Assembly: GCA_049724395.1 (NCBI GenBank)
Contig: JAUGWO010000008.1
Coordinates: 1-64,000, forward strand
Direction: 5' to 3'
Source of the DNA: Spongospora subterranea f. sp. subterranea
Lineage: Eukaryota
Length of the DNA stretch: 64,000 nucleotides
The translations under genes and the position numbers were made by a program. The notes beneath the pieces were generated by a model. That model was not told where the DNA came from, ran no database searches, and was given only the letters and a program-made list of their open reading frames with translations. Numbering within the stretch: position 1 is the first letter of the stretch; the number at the start of each line of letters is the position of its first letter. Of this stretch, positions 37,867 to 51,576 are shown piece after piece.

Positions 37867-38917
37867 ATTCACCCTGTTCTAACCAAAATCGTCCCAATAA
37901 TCAACCTTCATATCTTGAACCCAAAATTGATCTGATTGGAACAAGAAAGAAAACGGCCCCAATTCATCTATAAACCCCCGAACCAGCAGGTGTTTCATCA
38001 TAAACTCCCCGGTAGAAGCAAGGTGGGCAGAGCAACATGGCGCCAGCCATGAAGGGCTCTTGTATCGCTTTGGATAAAGCCCTTTTCAAACTGACAATGC
38101 GACAAGATCATGATCCTGTGTGGAGAGAGGACATACCGGAACCGAATCTGTCTAAGGTCACTCATTGCAGAAACTACAGTACCATTGCTACAGGTATTAT
38201 CTTCACACATGGTGACCCATTGTGTTGCTGTAGCGCCAATCGGCCAAGGCAGTTGAGTAATGGCGGAGTTTGATGGCGCGATGGAGTTGGAGGGGGTATC
38301 CAGCGAGGGATTATCGGTATTCGAGGAGGAGCGATCCCATCTTCTATCGGAAATCACTAAAGTCGTTCACCCCGCCATCGCCAACCGTTTCGCCATTGGC
38401 CCACTCACGTAGTTCTCAGGGTCTCAGCGATATCGGGAACATGATCGGGTCGATCAGCCAGAGTGTTCAGGCAATGAATCAGGTTGGACAAAAGCATGCA
38501 TCAGGCATCACATATATGGATCGACCTCGATAAACGGATTACCAATACCCGATCAGCTCCCAAACAACTCCTATAAACTATGCCACTTCGCCCGCGACCC
38601 TCTCTTTCAACACTCACTTTGGCCATATCACGTTTTACTCCTCAATCCACCAGATAATTTCTCAAAACTGAAGACTAGAACTGAACCTATCGCAAATTCG
38701 TTTGGCTGAAACTCGAATTCGCTTCTTTTGTTTGCGTTGCTTATCTTCACAGGTTTGCGTTCGCTAAACCTTTCCAAAGTCCCCGACATCATTTACTATT
38801 AAATATCATGTTGATTTTCCCTCCGGAGCCTGAGTCTGTCGACGTAAATCCTTCAACATCATCGTTTGCTTCATCAGGTTCTTGATCATGCTCTCTGGAG
38901 AACGTTCCTTCAAACCA

Positions 38918-41361
38918 TTACCCAAACTCGATGATCTCCGAATAAATCTCTCGCGATATTTGAAAGAGTTCGTGATCTCCAACCAGTTCGTATAGGTCAA
39001 TGAGCTGTTTCCACGCCTCTGGGTTGTCCGGATCGATAGCGATGGCGGCCGCCAAACAATATTCCCCGTTCCTCACGTATCTATCGCCCAGCGATCCATA
39101 CACCCGTGCGCATCCGATCCAGGCCGACACCATGGCGCCATTCACCTGCAGTGCCTGTCGTAACACCTGCAATGCCCTCAACGGTTCTCCAACTCCATGC
39201 AAGATCTCACCGAACCGTACTAGACCCGCCAGATCGTTCACGGCCTTCCCATACGCTTGTATTGCCCCGGGAATATCGCCATTGATCGACCGCATTTCCC
39301 CCAATATTCCCAAGACCACGCCGTCTTCCGGAAGTGCATCGAGAATCGCGATCGCCATTTCACGATGGCCCAGCGAAAACAAAACCTGTGCGCGGAGAAC
39401 TTCGGTTGGAATACACGGACTGATGAAATTATCGAGGAGAATCAAAGATAGACGCGGTAATGACCAATCCAAAAGGGATTGAGCAGCGCGGGTCAGACTA
39501 TCTCCTGTTGGAGATTGGCCATTAGCCAACTCCCGACGCAATACCGAATGGATTTCTTCCTTTAGCGAATACGGCTGATCCATAAAATCCATCAACAACT
39601 GAAAACCGCCTGTTCAGCTGAGCGAATCCCCCGGCTATAAACATATGGGATATATATCGCACCTTGAAAACTGGTCGGAGCGGGTCATCAATAGGTATTT
39701 GTGTTAGAGATCTTTCGGCATCAATGTGATTCCCATATTCCATGGCGGTCGCCGTCTTCATGAGCCACAGCTCGTTGGGCACCTGATCCGTGGCCGATAT
39801 CGCCCGATCCACCATAACGGATGCGGCCAGTACCCGACCCTCAATCAGCCGACAGATCGCCAAGTCTCTATAGGCAGACCATGGCGTGTTGACGCCCAAT
39901 TCGGCAACGGCCCGTTCCAAAAGACATCCGGCCCGTTGATAACACCGATGCCTTTGGGCGTCGCGAGCAAGGTCAAGGCGTCTTCGGGGGGATATTGCCA
40001 TGAATCTTTCGTCACATCTCGAATGCACTAATCGATCCAGCGTTGACACCAATTCGGCTCGATCGCGAACCGCTTCCTTGTCCTCGTGTAGAACCGCCGC
40101 CGAAAGTTGTCGGATGGGTCCATCGAATTCACGTTTGAGTTCGTCAAAGACTCGCGTGTTGAGCTCCTGTGTCGACAGGATTTTCTTCGATTTGTCGATC
40201 GTCGCTGTGACATTGTTCAACGCAATCGCTTCGTTCTCGACCCAGATCCTCTTTTGTTCATCGCCCTCAATCAGATCGGCCGGAGTCGGCAGAGCAGGGG
40301 GTAGTAAACGATTTGCAATGCGAATTTCTACGTCAAGGGTTGCGCCAGCACATTCCTTCGTGGCGAAAATCGCCGTCGTCGACAGGTGCGAAATCGGATG
40401 TAGAAACATTCGGGAACTGATTGAGAATTCGTATCGACCAACGGACGGTTCGCCAACGGCAACCGCATCTTCACCGAGATGGGTCTGGGAATAAATCAGC
40501 AATATTTTCACATCGGGGGCGATCCCGTCAACGATCATTTGATGAAACGCCGCCACGTTCTCTGGCGATAAATACCAGCGATGCTGGAGCGATATTATAG
40601 GGCCGCCATGATCATTGGCTTCGTCCATAGTCAACGTTCTCCTCCATTGGGCTGGATATGAGGTCGTCGAACGAATCGGCGGAACGGAGACTTTCGACGT
40701 CGATGGATTCATTGAGGGTGCCGGTTCCGTCACGTCGATACTTGACGCCGTTCATGGACAGGTTCTGAATGGCGACAGATAGGATATTCGATTGCTGCCA
40801 GTCAATCAATGACGTCGGTGATGCTGCCGAAATGTGGACCGAGGCCGCTGGCAAACCCTCCTTATCGACAAGGACGCCGGGAGATTCCTCGATTGTTGCC
40901 GACGTCATTTCCTGGACTCCATCCTGATACTGTATTGATCGCCAACCATCGATAGCCAGCTGATTTTCCTCTATTATTGGGGCCAGATTCAGCAATGACG
41001 AACCGATCAGTTTCGCTGATTCGCCGTCCACATCCGACAAAGCAACCACAACACTTTTTGAAAGAGCGAAATCGCAGAATTCCGTGAGAGATTCAATCTC
41101 ATGAACGTATCGGAAATCAGTTTGAATTGTGAAGGCGCCGGCGTCGAATTCCTGAACGAATTCCTTTCCGAAAACATTTAGACAAATACGTAGTCGCTGG
41201 GGTGGCTGTAAACAGGTGGTCGCCGGATTGTCGGCAGGTTTGCCTTTTACTTTCGCCTTTCCTCCTGTGCCTTTTCCATCGTCATCGGGATTCGAAAAAA
41301 ATTGATAATACAAGTTGCGAATCCCATGAACACTGAACACAATCTGTTTCATTGTCGCCAT
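38918..41361 (-). CDS. TPR-containing cilia/flagella protein, CFAP70/TTC18-like (frameshift ~40620-40740; intron ~39600-39660)
   Basis: C2-like N-terminus, central PTPADLI and ELNTRVFDELKRE, C-terminal TPRs (SAWIGCARVY, EYCLAAAIAIDPDNPEAWKQL). Family call is by recognition only. Confidence 0.6.
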
Positions 41362-41507
41362 GAGTTATGAGGACTGTCCTCAGCATTTAAGCAGGCCCTG
41401 AAAACTGTACCAGACGATCGTTTTCAGGCTAAATGCGAATTATACATACAGGGGCGAGTCGTCACTGGCCAGAAACGTTGACTGTGAGTCGGCCAAAGGC
41501 GATAAAT

Positions 41508-42149
41508 ATGGGCGATGGAGCGGCGGTGAATCGCGAGCGAATCCGGGAGATACTGTCGGTGATGTCCCCGGAGCGCGTTCTTGACACCTTCACCGATCTG
41601 TTATTAACCGTCCCCGGAGCGTTTTCTTACCTCCAGCAGGAGGTTCAGCACGATGTTCAACAAAGGAAACTGTTCGTCCGGTGTTTGGCGCGCGACTGCA
41701 CCAACGATCGTCTGCGGGAGCTGTTCACACCGTTCGGGGAAGTTGACGATGCGTACGCCGTTCAGGATGCGACCACGAATCGCTGCAAAGGGTTCGGAAC
41801 CGTTCTAATGGCGGATTTGAAAGGAGCCTGCGCCGCCTTGGAAATTCCTGCTAAACCCTTCATGGATAAAATCGCACATGTGTATCTGGCGGCCGCCACC
41901 AATAAGAACGACAACCGAAAACAATCAACGTCAAAGTACCCCGACGACAACGCAACATATTACAGGGACGACCGCGGAGGTGGTTCAACTCCAACTCATC
42001 AATGGGTCCCGGCCGGCCGACCTCAGGAATATCGATCTGATGTGGACACAAACGCCAATCGGAGACCGTCGCCAACCAGAGCGGCATCTAACTCTGGGTC
42101 GCGCTACCTTTCATCCATCAACGATCCACGACGCCGCCCAAGAAATTAA
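41508..42149 (+). CDS. RRM RNA-binding protein (UBA2-like)
   Basis: RNP2 KLFVRCL and RNP1-like RCKGFGTV; low-complexity tail; alternative start at 41433. Confidence 0.85.
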   Translation: MGDGAAVNRERIREILSVMSPERVLDTFTDLLLTVPGAFSYLQQEVQHDVQQRKLFVRCLARDCTNDRLRELFTPFGEVDDAYAVQDATTNRCKGFGTVLMADLKGACAALEIPAKPFMDKIAHVYLAAATNKNDNRKQSTSKYPDDNATYYRDDRGGGSTPTHQWVPAGRPQEYRSDVDTNANRRPSPTRAASNSGSRYLSSINDPRRRPRN

Positions 42150-42531
42150 ACGCGCCAAAAATTACGCTCATGATAATCGCATCCAAGGTGTAATAAATCC
42201 ATCATGATTTGCATATTGTTAAAACGCTGTTTGATCGATCAGTGTTGTTCCCAAAAAATTACGATTTATTGCACCCAATCTGGCTTAATATTTATGGCAA
42301 AACGTAGCGATGATGAGGGCCGGAGTCAGAATCTGATGAATGGCTCAAATTTGAGGCGGGCGACATGTCGACTGGCGGTAGATTCGCTGGACTCTGAGGT
42401 GCCGATAATGACACGCTGCGCTTGAACTGTAGCGATACTTTGTAATATATGGCGTATGAAGACGCACGAACCATTGAGGAGTCTAGATTAGGGGTTAAGG
42501 TGGTCGATTAGAAAACTGAGCACGGAAGTCG

Positions 42532-42892
42532 TGTCAGGGCCAGGAACCCAGCAGGAATTCTTGGCTTTGTGGTCCCAAACGCATGGACTGGAGCAAGCGA
42601 GTCGTATGAATAGCCAAACCTAACCGGTTTGCGATGATCGTCAACAACGATCTAGAACAATCACTGATATCCGGTGAATGTTATACAAGAGAGGTCTATA
42701 TGATAATGAATGGGCCCGTGATTCACCACCAGCCTGTTATCACTGCAGGAAGGTGGTTGCGCTTTACCTGGCGGCGGACATTTATAGGGCCAGGAGTTAC
42801 ACTTACCGACTGTTGACTGCGTGACACGTATCATTGGTCTAGGGGTTCCAGTCACGCCATGGAGCAGTCAATGACTGACAGGCGGCCTGACA
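42532..42892. repeat. Candidate solo LTR (tgtcagg...cctgaca)
   Basis: 7-bp inverted TG...CA termini about 360 bp apart in an intergenic region; no TSD found. Confidence 0.3.
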
Positions 42893-43717
42893 CAACCCTA
42901 GTGGCTGGCTCTCGTACCCAATCACTCGTCTAGAACTTTCTCGTACATGTCCTTGCTCAATCTTCAATTTTTTTGATTTTGTATCATCCAAAATACAAAT
43001 ATCAAACTGAAACACTTGGCATGCAATATAGTTGTGGATATTGAACTTTGCTCTGATGATTTTCCTTCAACCTACATTAGCTTTATGCCGATTGCGAGTC
43101 TCCTCGCTAGCCTGTAACTTGTTGCATCTGCTCGTAATTTATTTTTGTGTGGTAGAAGTTGGACATCATAGCGTCAGTTTCAGCTCACCTAGCTGTTTGA
43201 CCCAGAATATCTCGCAGTCAGCCCTTTTGAAGTAGTAAATAGATGGTGTAGGCCTATTGCCAGGTGGAAAACATCTTGTCGAAGTGACACTTGAAGAAAT
43301 TGTACATTATTCCATTGATCAAAACCTTCAGCCTGTTTATTAACAATAGTCAGCAAGCGTTTTCCAATCGTCCATATGTCCCCTGTTTGTGTTGAATGAA
43401 ATGGTGAGTTCGATACCCATTTGATTAGTCGGTTGACCTAAAAACTGACATGAATCCAGGTAGCCGTTGGTTGGCAGGCGCTTCTGTAATTCTTGCGTGA
43501 TTACAACAAACCATCAATTTCTGGCAATGAAACAGTCCCTGCCTTTTGTCAACCATGTAATACAGGAACCAACTTCTCAGCTTACGAAACCCCGGTTTTG
43601 CTGAGGGCAGAGTGAACTTTGCCATCACTTTCAACGTTTGCTGTTTTTTTGGGATACACAGAATTACTGGCTCTCGAAAAGTTTTTCACAAAACGCTGTT
43701 TAAGAATTCAGTGCTAT

Positions 43718-45714
43718 TTATAATGACATGTCGAAAATATCCAGAGCAACAGCCACGATTCCGAACGATATGGTAAGATATACGTACCAGTTCCCATTGT
43801 ATAAGCTAGCGTATGGCGTGCTTGGAAGTGGACCGAACCGTTTCGAACAGCGATGTCTGGCGCAGAGAAGCAGAAAGCACGGAATGAACAGCTCCATGAA
43901 GAAGGCGATAAATCCAATGAATTTGACTGTTTAAATCAAAATTAACAGCATTGCCGTAGTTAAGGAAACAGCATAATTACAAATAAATTCAAGATTGCTG
44001 GCAACTGCACCGAAGATTAACGGAGGCAAGGCCGACACCAGGCGGAGGCTCTTCTTGATCCTAACCTGTGAATATTGCAGCGACACCTCCTCAGGCACTG
44101 ACTCCATTAGCTGTGGACAAACCGCATCAGATTTCCAGGAAACGATGATAAGAACAAAGATGTACGTTGCCGGAGAGGGTGACGGCGACCAATGGGTAAA
44201 CCGAAAGCATGTCGAGAATCGGGAACGCCAGAATCATGGTGCGAATGATGTAGGCGTAGACTGCTGTGTGCTCACCATCGAATGATGGTCCAGTGTACGA
44301 TTTCCAATTCAACGTAATCAAGGCTTCGGCGCGGTCTCCGAAAAACAGGGCGCAAATCAACCCAACCATCAAATATAGGGTCGTTACCTGATGGTAAATC
44401 GTCAATTGCGTTGACAAAACATACCAATTGACCATTGAAAAAATCATAGTTTGGACATTGAATGAAGCCCAGTAAATTTCAAACAAGAATGGGGACCCAT
44501 GAATCTACGAATACATAAACGTGTTAACCTTGATCCGCGAACAAAACAAAAGTTACGAAAATTCAGAAAATTGTTGACTCTTACCACAATGAACACGGAA
44601 GACGCGATGGCCTTCACTGAGCCCGGTTGCCGCGATTTCAACGATTGGACTACGTCAGGAAAATTGGCGTGCATGCTCAATGCCTAAACCGAGCGATCAA
44701 CTGCAATTGAACTGGCAGGTTTTATGGCTGGCGTACAACTGCTGAACTAGGTAAGATGACGTAGCCGGTCCAGTTCCAGGCAGGGATCATGGACATGGCT
44801 TGGCTGGGTTGAGAACCTGGAAACCACGGCGGCGGCGCAAACAAAATCGACACGACGATGGTCCCGATCATCAGGCCAAACGCGGCAAATCTGTAGAGCG
44901 ATAGAGCCACTGACATTGTGGCGTTAATATTACAATGAACTCAGGACACCGGCACAGATACCTTGAATTGTCGCTTGCTCCTCGAGATCCAATAGAGACA
45001 AAACGACCACAATGACGCCGAAAACGGTCAAAGATACAAGATACCCACGCGAACAGGATACTGATGGGTTGTTGTAAATATCACACATCTCACCGAATAC
45101 GGATTCGAAGAATAAATTAACAACCGACGACGAAAACACGGATGAATACGACCACAGCGCACTGGAAAAAAATCAGCGGAAGCAATGATGAAATTTGAGA
45201 GAAATTTACCCATAACAATAAAGACACATTAGGAGCTGGACAACCTGTTTAGCACGGACCGAATGGACAAGGTCAGCGATGCGGGAGAATTCCCATGAGA
45301 CAGATGATATGCTGTAATCGGCTGAATCCTCGCTCTCGTCTCCCTTTCTTGAAAGCGCATCGCATCGGGAAATGGTCTCAATTACGAACGTTAGCGAAAT
45401 GTAGCTGAAAAAAGCCGATAACAGCAACAATAGCGATCCGAATACTGAAAACGAGAACTCAGCTCCAGGGCAGCGGTACATGATTGACGATTGACGAGGC
45501 CCAACCTGATCCCGACCGAGTAAACGCCAAAGGTAATGTAAAAATCTACCCAGATCAAGTTTGTGAGTGGCGACTATAACAAAGGGGGACGGCGACACAA
45601 TCTCACCCCCGTTCCGATGACATAATTGATCGTCACGCAAAATGCCTGGCGCGTTGACAGCCCATGGTCACGATCATCTGGGCTATTGAGTAACGGTATT
45701 CCAGCGTTCAACAT
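43718..45714 (-). CDS. Amino-acid transporter family (Aa_trans), TMEM104-like, multi-exon
   Basis: TINYVIGTG, YISLTFVIETISR, CLYCYG, VVVLSLLDLEEQATIQ, YRFAAFGLMI, FPILDMLSVYPLVAVTLSGN, terminal TPY motif plus TM helix. Confidence 0.85.
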
Positions 45715-46481
45715 TTGATTATCACCCAAACATGCATTAGCGCAGCCTCAACACCCGGAAACGTGTACAGATAGTACAGCGAGAACCAGCACGTCCTCGC
45801 CAGCGAGACGCACTTAAACCCCATCCTGACCTTGAGTGGACTGTAGATCCTTTGCACTTAACGTAAGTCCGTGTGACAATACGCATTTCTGTACACCGCC
45901 TGTCACCGCAAAACAATATTCAGGGACTGTGTAGGGCCGCGCAGGATATGATCACAAAAGCCCTGGAAGGATGGCGCACATCTATTGTGCAAATAAAGAG
46001 TGGTAATTGTGATGTTGGCCAACAACTCGCTCTACTCAGAATTTCACAAAACGACCGGAGCGTTTGAGATTCGTACGTTAATGTCGGTGCCGGAAAGTCG
46101 AATATTCACAATTGCCATGTTGGGGGCAATCTGAAAAAACTTGTCCATAGGCGTTGGGAGGAATGTTTCACGGATTGATAGTAATCAGTTTTAGAGAGGG
46201 AACATATATATCCAATGGGCAATCAGTGGCAATTGTCCTGCATTGATCGTCATCCCTCACATGTCATGTAGATCCCGCTCATGGTGTGGCGATAAAAATT
46301 GATATTGCCATCATAGCCGCCTTTGAAAGAGTTGTTTGAGAATGTCAGAGCGCCTACGGTATGGGAAGTCGTAATTGTGTATTTTGGTCACGCGTCGTAA
46401 GGCCAATTCCGATGAACTTCCGACGAGGAAGTTATTCTTACCCTGGCGCATTCAATTCTAAAATATATGCAAATATTGGTC

Positions 46482-47435
46482 ACCATCCTTTTCTCATCCA
46501 TTTTTATCTGTAGGAACCGAGTTGAATGTCCAAGCTCACCCGGTTCGACATGACTCTTATTCGCTGGAGTTCCCAAACGCAATTCGTACTGAAGCCCAGT
46601 CCTTATTCCACGAAGGACGCATCAGAGCTATTCCATCCTCAGAAGCTCATCAACGCGAATTATCATATTCCTTTACAGTGTCCAAGCACGGCACGACTAA
46701 ACGAAGATTGGCACATAACTTTAAATATGTTAATTCGTCTACTATATTAAATCGCCCCGTAACTTTTCCTAAAGCTAAGCAGATTCTATCGACAACTCGG
46801 GGGGAATAAGCAGATTCTATCGACATAGTTGCATATTCCCCCCAGCAGTTGTCGATAGAATCTGCTTAGCTTTAGGAAAAGTTACGGGAGGGATTTGACA
46901 TAAACGAATTGAAATATTTGAAGTTATGTGCCAATCTTCGTGTAGTCGTGCCGTGCTTGGACACTGTAAAGGAATATGATAATTCGCGTTGATGAGCTTC
47001 TGAGGATGGAATAGCTCTGATGCGTCTTTCGTGGAGTAAGGACTGGACTTCAGTACGAATTGCGTCTGAGAACTCCAGCGAATAAGAGTCATGCTGAACC
47101 GGGTGAGCTTGGACATTCAACTCGATTCCTACAGATAAAAATGGATGAGAAAAGGATTGAGGAAGAGGGGTCGTTAGTGTAATAACCGGGAGAGATAGAA
47201 CAGGTAAAATGGTATTGCGATGAGTTAGTTTAGAGTCATAACTAGGACGAGGCTGAACACAGATCAGTTTTTTGACGTTGACCATGAAATACTTGCGGTT
47301 TCGTTCTTTCGGAAACTAGAGCAATATCTCCGGTTTAACTGGTTTCCGACGTTCGGCAGGTGTAAGTTAAGTTGGGCAAATATGTCTTTAGCCTGATGAT
47401 AAGAAAATTCGTGAACCAACTAATAAAATGATAAA
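46482..47435. mobile_element. Two facing fragments of a DIRS-type element (gag end / RT start), same family as 7753-9594
   Basis: RAIPSSEAHQRELSYSFTVSKHGT.RRLAHNFKY on both strands (46522-46809 + and ~46830-47285 -); homologous to 8800-9470. Confidence 0.85.
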
Positions 47436-48087
47436 CAACGGGTAATAAATTGACAGGCATCCAAGCAATCTGCCTGATCAAGAAATAATGAAAGGGATTT
47501 TTGCAACATCATCGCCACGTGGCCTTCTCGTGAAATAGGGAGTTCAAGGCCAGGTTCATAATCCTGTGGTGGTAATGCCTTTAAACGCGTTTTCGGTGTT
47601 CTTCTCTAGCAGTGCGGATCGTTGGTGTGCGGATTGTTGCAATTTTGGATCAGCGATTGTGGCTGATTACCGATGGGCGATGAACCACGTGAGCGTCCTC
47701 GCGGATGTTCGATTGTTGGGATTTTGCCTCCAGATAATCCAAACGGCTGATGACATGGTGTAGCGATGTCGAGATCTCGGTTGAAAGCGGCTGTGACATG
47801 ACCAATGGATTTCACCATTTGTTTAAGAAACAGTGACACACTCTTTAACAGAGAAAAAGAATTATAATCGCAAACTGTGGTTAAGGAACGACGCCATCTG
47901 GTAAACTATTCCATAAGATCATCACTTAGCAATCTTGATATTGGCTCTAGTTTCCGTTTGCGACAACGCCGGTCAAACAGTACCAGGTGGTTTGATCAAC
48001 CTTGGTATTTGTATTTTGTGGTCCTCAATGAATTCGCACAATTATGTCGATGTTGCGGGATCGCTTAATTGACATTCATTCAACAAA

Positions 48088-49012
48088 ATGGGACAGAACA
48101 CCGCCCCGGGTCAATTGAAGCATTTCGTGGAGATCGGTGATGGGTTCTTCCATTTGCGGGGAAAGTTCTATCTCGGGTACCTATTCGATATAGGGACACA
48201 AATGGCGCTGTGTCGCCGAAGCACTGGACGATTCCTGGTCTTGGACACAATCAACCTGTCCGCCAGCGAAAAGTCTGAACTCGATACGATCACTAATAAC
48301 GGGAAACTGATCGACGCCGTTATTGGTAAGTCCATATCGGTAATCCGTCTGTAAACCTCCATCGACGTGTATTCAGGAACCCATCCATTCCATACGTCCT
48401 ATTTCACCGAGTTCTACGCCATGTACCCGAACGCTAAATACTATGGAACGCCACGTCATTGCCGCCTGTTCCCCAATATCAATTGGGTAAAAGATGGGTT
48501 AAATCCGGCGAATCCAATCGCCCTCACCGCATGTATCGTCATCAAATCAGCCAACGAGTTTCGCCATCTGACTACTGTTCTGTATCTCAGTTGAGCCAGA
48601 TATTCAGATGCGCATTCCCAGCGGCGCCGAGTTTGTTGATCCGAAACCCGAGCTGACGAATCACTTTGCGAACGTGTTCGTGTTCCATCCGAAAAGCAAT
48701 ACCGTTTACAATGACGACACGATCGTGAATTGGCAATCGTCGGCGTGGTCAGTTGTTCACTACATCAATATGATTCAAGGTCTGCATTTCCATCCGACCA
48801 TGACGTCGGTTGGACTACAGCACAACCCAGACGCCCCGCTGGCGTTCAAGAAATGGATGCAACATCTTCTGAATGATTGGCAGTTTGACAATCTGTGTAC
48901 GGCCCATAACGATAATGTGATTGGCGATGCGCATCGAAAGGTGTCCGATTTACTGCTGAGCGTTGACCAAGTTCTCGATGACCTGTCCAAGAAGTACTCT
49001 GATCGACAATGA
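48088..49012 (+). CDS. Metallo-beta-lactamase-fold (DUF4336-like) protein, copy 1, 3 exons
   Basis: FVEIGDGFFHLRG, IGTQMALCR, AVIG|THPFHT, YGTPRH, FHPKSNTVYNDDT, DWQFDNLCTAH; introns ~48326-48376 and ~48533-48590. Confidence 0.75.
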
Positions 49013-49850
49013 CCCGAAGACGTCAGGGCGGGACGTGAACAGTTTGCGATTATTGAATTTTCATATCAACCAATAATTCATTGCGCCATGTTCCGATAGT
49101 TTATCAGTGTCGTTGGTCACTATTAACAGATAAAACAGTAATATTGGACGTGAGATGATGTGATGGCAGCCCGATTGAGTTCGTGCTGACCTGACCTAAA
49201 GGTGCCCCCTAATGTTTAGTTATGGTCAACAGCAATCAATAGCAGAAGCAATTGGGCAACATCAACCAGACGTCCTACAGTTTGATCATTATATTTGCTG
49301 TCAGCAATGTACGTCAATTTTATCAACTATTCTGCCGGCGAATGTCATCCAATGTTCAAACTGGCTCTGACAATTCGATTGTTGCCTTTGATTCATTGCC
49401 CAGACGGGTTCCTTCGTCCTGAAAAGTTGTGTAGTGAGCGGCGCGATAGACAAGGTACTGAACAGAAACTGTTAACGAGCACATTCCTTTGCCATCGCCC
49501 ATCAAAAGAAAAGGATTGATAATACAGTCATATCAATTTCATAGACCATTTCGAATATTGTTCCTATCTGGCTGATTTGTTCAGCGTAATCCTCATTGAT
49601 CAGTTCAGAGACATCTTATTCACGATAGAAAGACTATCCACTTCCTTTAAGTTCCCGTTTATCATCGCCAAAAACTACGATATCTTTCTCATGTTCAGCA
49701 GTTTCTGTGTGAAACCACCGTTCTCAACAAATATCGATTGATTATCAAAACAGTCAGAAAACGAAAGGGCGATTCGGTGATACTGTATCAAAAGACTCTA
49801 TGTTGATAGTATTGAACCATAGTTGGATAATTATTAACGATCAAGCTGAG

Positions 49851-50832
49851 CTATGAAGAGGGAATGTTCATAATCGTATCCTCAGATTTGTTCAGAAGAT
49901 CAGTGACAGCATCGTGAGCGCCCCCGATTAGATTTTCGCAATGTGCTGTGCACAGATTATCGAACTGCCAATCCTCCAGCAATTGCCGCATCCACTTGAT
50001 AAACAGCCCTGGGGATTCACTATCGTGCTTGATCCCGTACTGGACCATAGATGGATGGAAATGAAGTCCCTGAATAAATTTGATATAATGAACCGGTGAA
50101 AGGACCGATGACCGCCAGTTGACAATCGTGTCATCATTGAACACAGTTTTGCTCTGCGGGTGGAAGACAAACACGTTCGTAAAGTGATTGAAATTCTCTG
50201 GCAGTGGATTGAAGAATTCAGCGCCGTCAGGAATGCGCATTTCAATATCTGGTTCGACTATTACGGGAACACGAGTCAAATTCTGCACTTGAGGCGATCA
50301 ATAAGTATTTCTTACACATTTTCAGAGATCGCGTATCGTTCGGGGCTAACATTCCCGCCCATTTAACTTGCGGGCACGCGCGGTGATGGCGTGGGGAGCC
50401 ATAATATGCCGCATTCGGGTACTTCTCGTAGAAACTGGGAAAATATGTGGTATGGAAAGGATGCGTTCCTGCCAATAACGATAAATGCGATGAAGATTAC
50501 AGGATGGCGGATGACGTACCGATGACCCCATCAATCCATTTTCCATTGTTTGTAATGATGTCGAATTCGGCCTGTTCGCTTTCCGAAAGCTGCACGACGT
50601 CGAGAACCAGGAATCGTCCATTAGGTCGGCGAACTAGGGCCATATGGGTGCCGATATCGAGAACATATGCAATATAGAATTTGCTGCGCAAATGGAAAAA
50701 TCCATCGCCAATCTCGACGAAATGCTTCAACTGGTTAATTGGTGCAACGCTGAACGAGAAGGTCATGCCCATAACAACAAAGAAGACAGCGGCGGTAGTT
50801 AACATCATCGAACAACATATAGACGACATCAT
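49851..50832 (-). CDS. MBL-fold (DUF4336-like) protein, copy 2, with predicted signal peptide
   Basis: Same motifs and intron positions as copy 1; hydrophobic N-terminus MLTTAAVFFVVMGMTFSFSVA. Confidence 0.75.
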
Positions 50833-51379
50833 CGCCAGCAGATCAGCACCTTCGCGCTATGTTAATGAAGATAACATGATAATTCGGGTGAGCCACCGAT
50901 CCCGGGTGCGCCACGGCATGACCCCACGTCCCAGATGGAGGCACTCAGACAAGTCCCCCTGTCAATTGTGCTATGCCGTTGACTGGTGGTATGTGACCCC
51001 TGGGGCCAAATATAGACCCAGTGACGGGAATCGCTCCGTGTCGGTAGCTCCTCGCCCTCACTTGGTTGACGAGGGGGATATGTCGTACAGACTCGAGTGT
51101 TCCGCGGTACCAACTATCCTCTAGAAATATTCAGGGTGAGGTGTAATCAGATAATTTTTTCATTAACTGCAAAGAGGTTAGAGCGGAATTTGTACCAGAC
51201 GTTAATCGTATGGTTTATTGTGATGAACAGTCAAATGAGCAACATCAAATGGCCTTCAATCATCAGACCATTCCGCTATTTACCTTCATACAGGTCATTT
51301 TACTCACATCCACATATTGCACCACGAAACCTCTTTAAAAATTATTCCTTTAACGATATATACCATGTTGCCATGATAG

Positions 51380-51555
51380 GTCAATCTTCACAGTTCACTT
51401 TATCCGCCAATCGGGTTCCTTCTGAAGGCGTACGGCAGAAACATTTTTTCGATCGGTGACGGGTTTTCCATCTGCACGCGTCATTGTGGCGGAAATTCAT
51501 CATGAATTGACTCACATGGCGCTCTCGACTATCACGGGAACACGAATTAATTTTG
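51380..51555 (+). pseudogene. Decayed 5' fragment of an MBL-fold paralog (similar to copy 3)
   Basis: gttccttctgaaggcgtacggcagaaacattt...actcacatggcgctc matches 52355-52480 with indels. Confidence 0.7.
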
Positions 51556-51576
51556 CACATCAGGCGATGAATGGGT

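Noticed and set aside
38037..38770. Possible small plus-strand gene
   Set aside because: It needs a stop read-through and a frameshift to assemble and has no recognisable motif.
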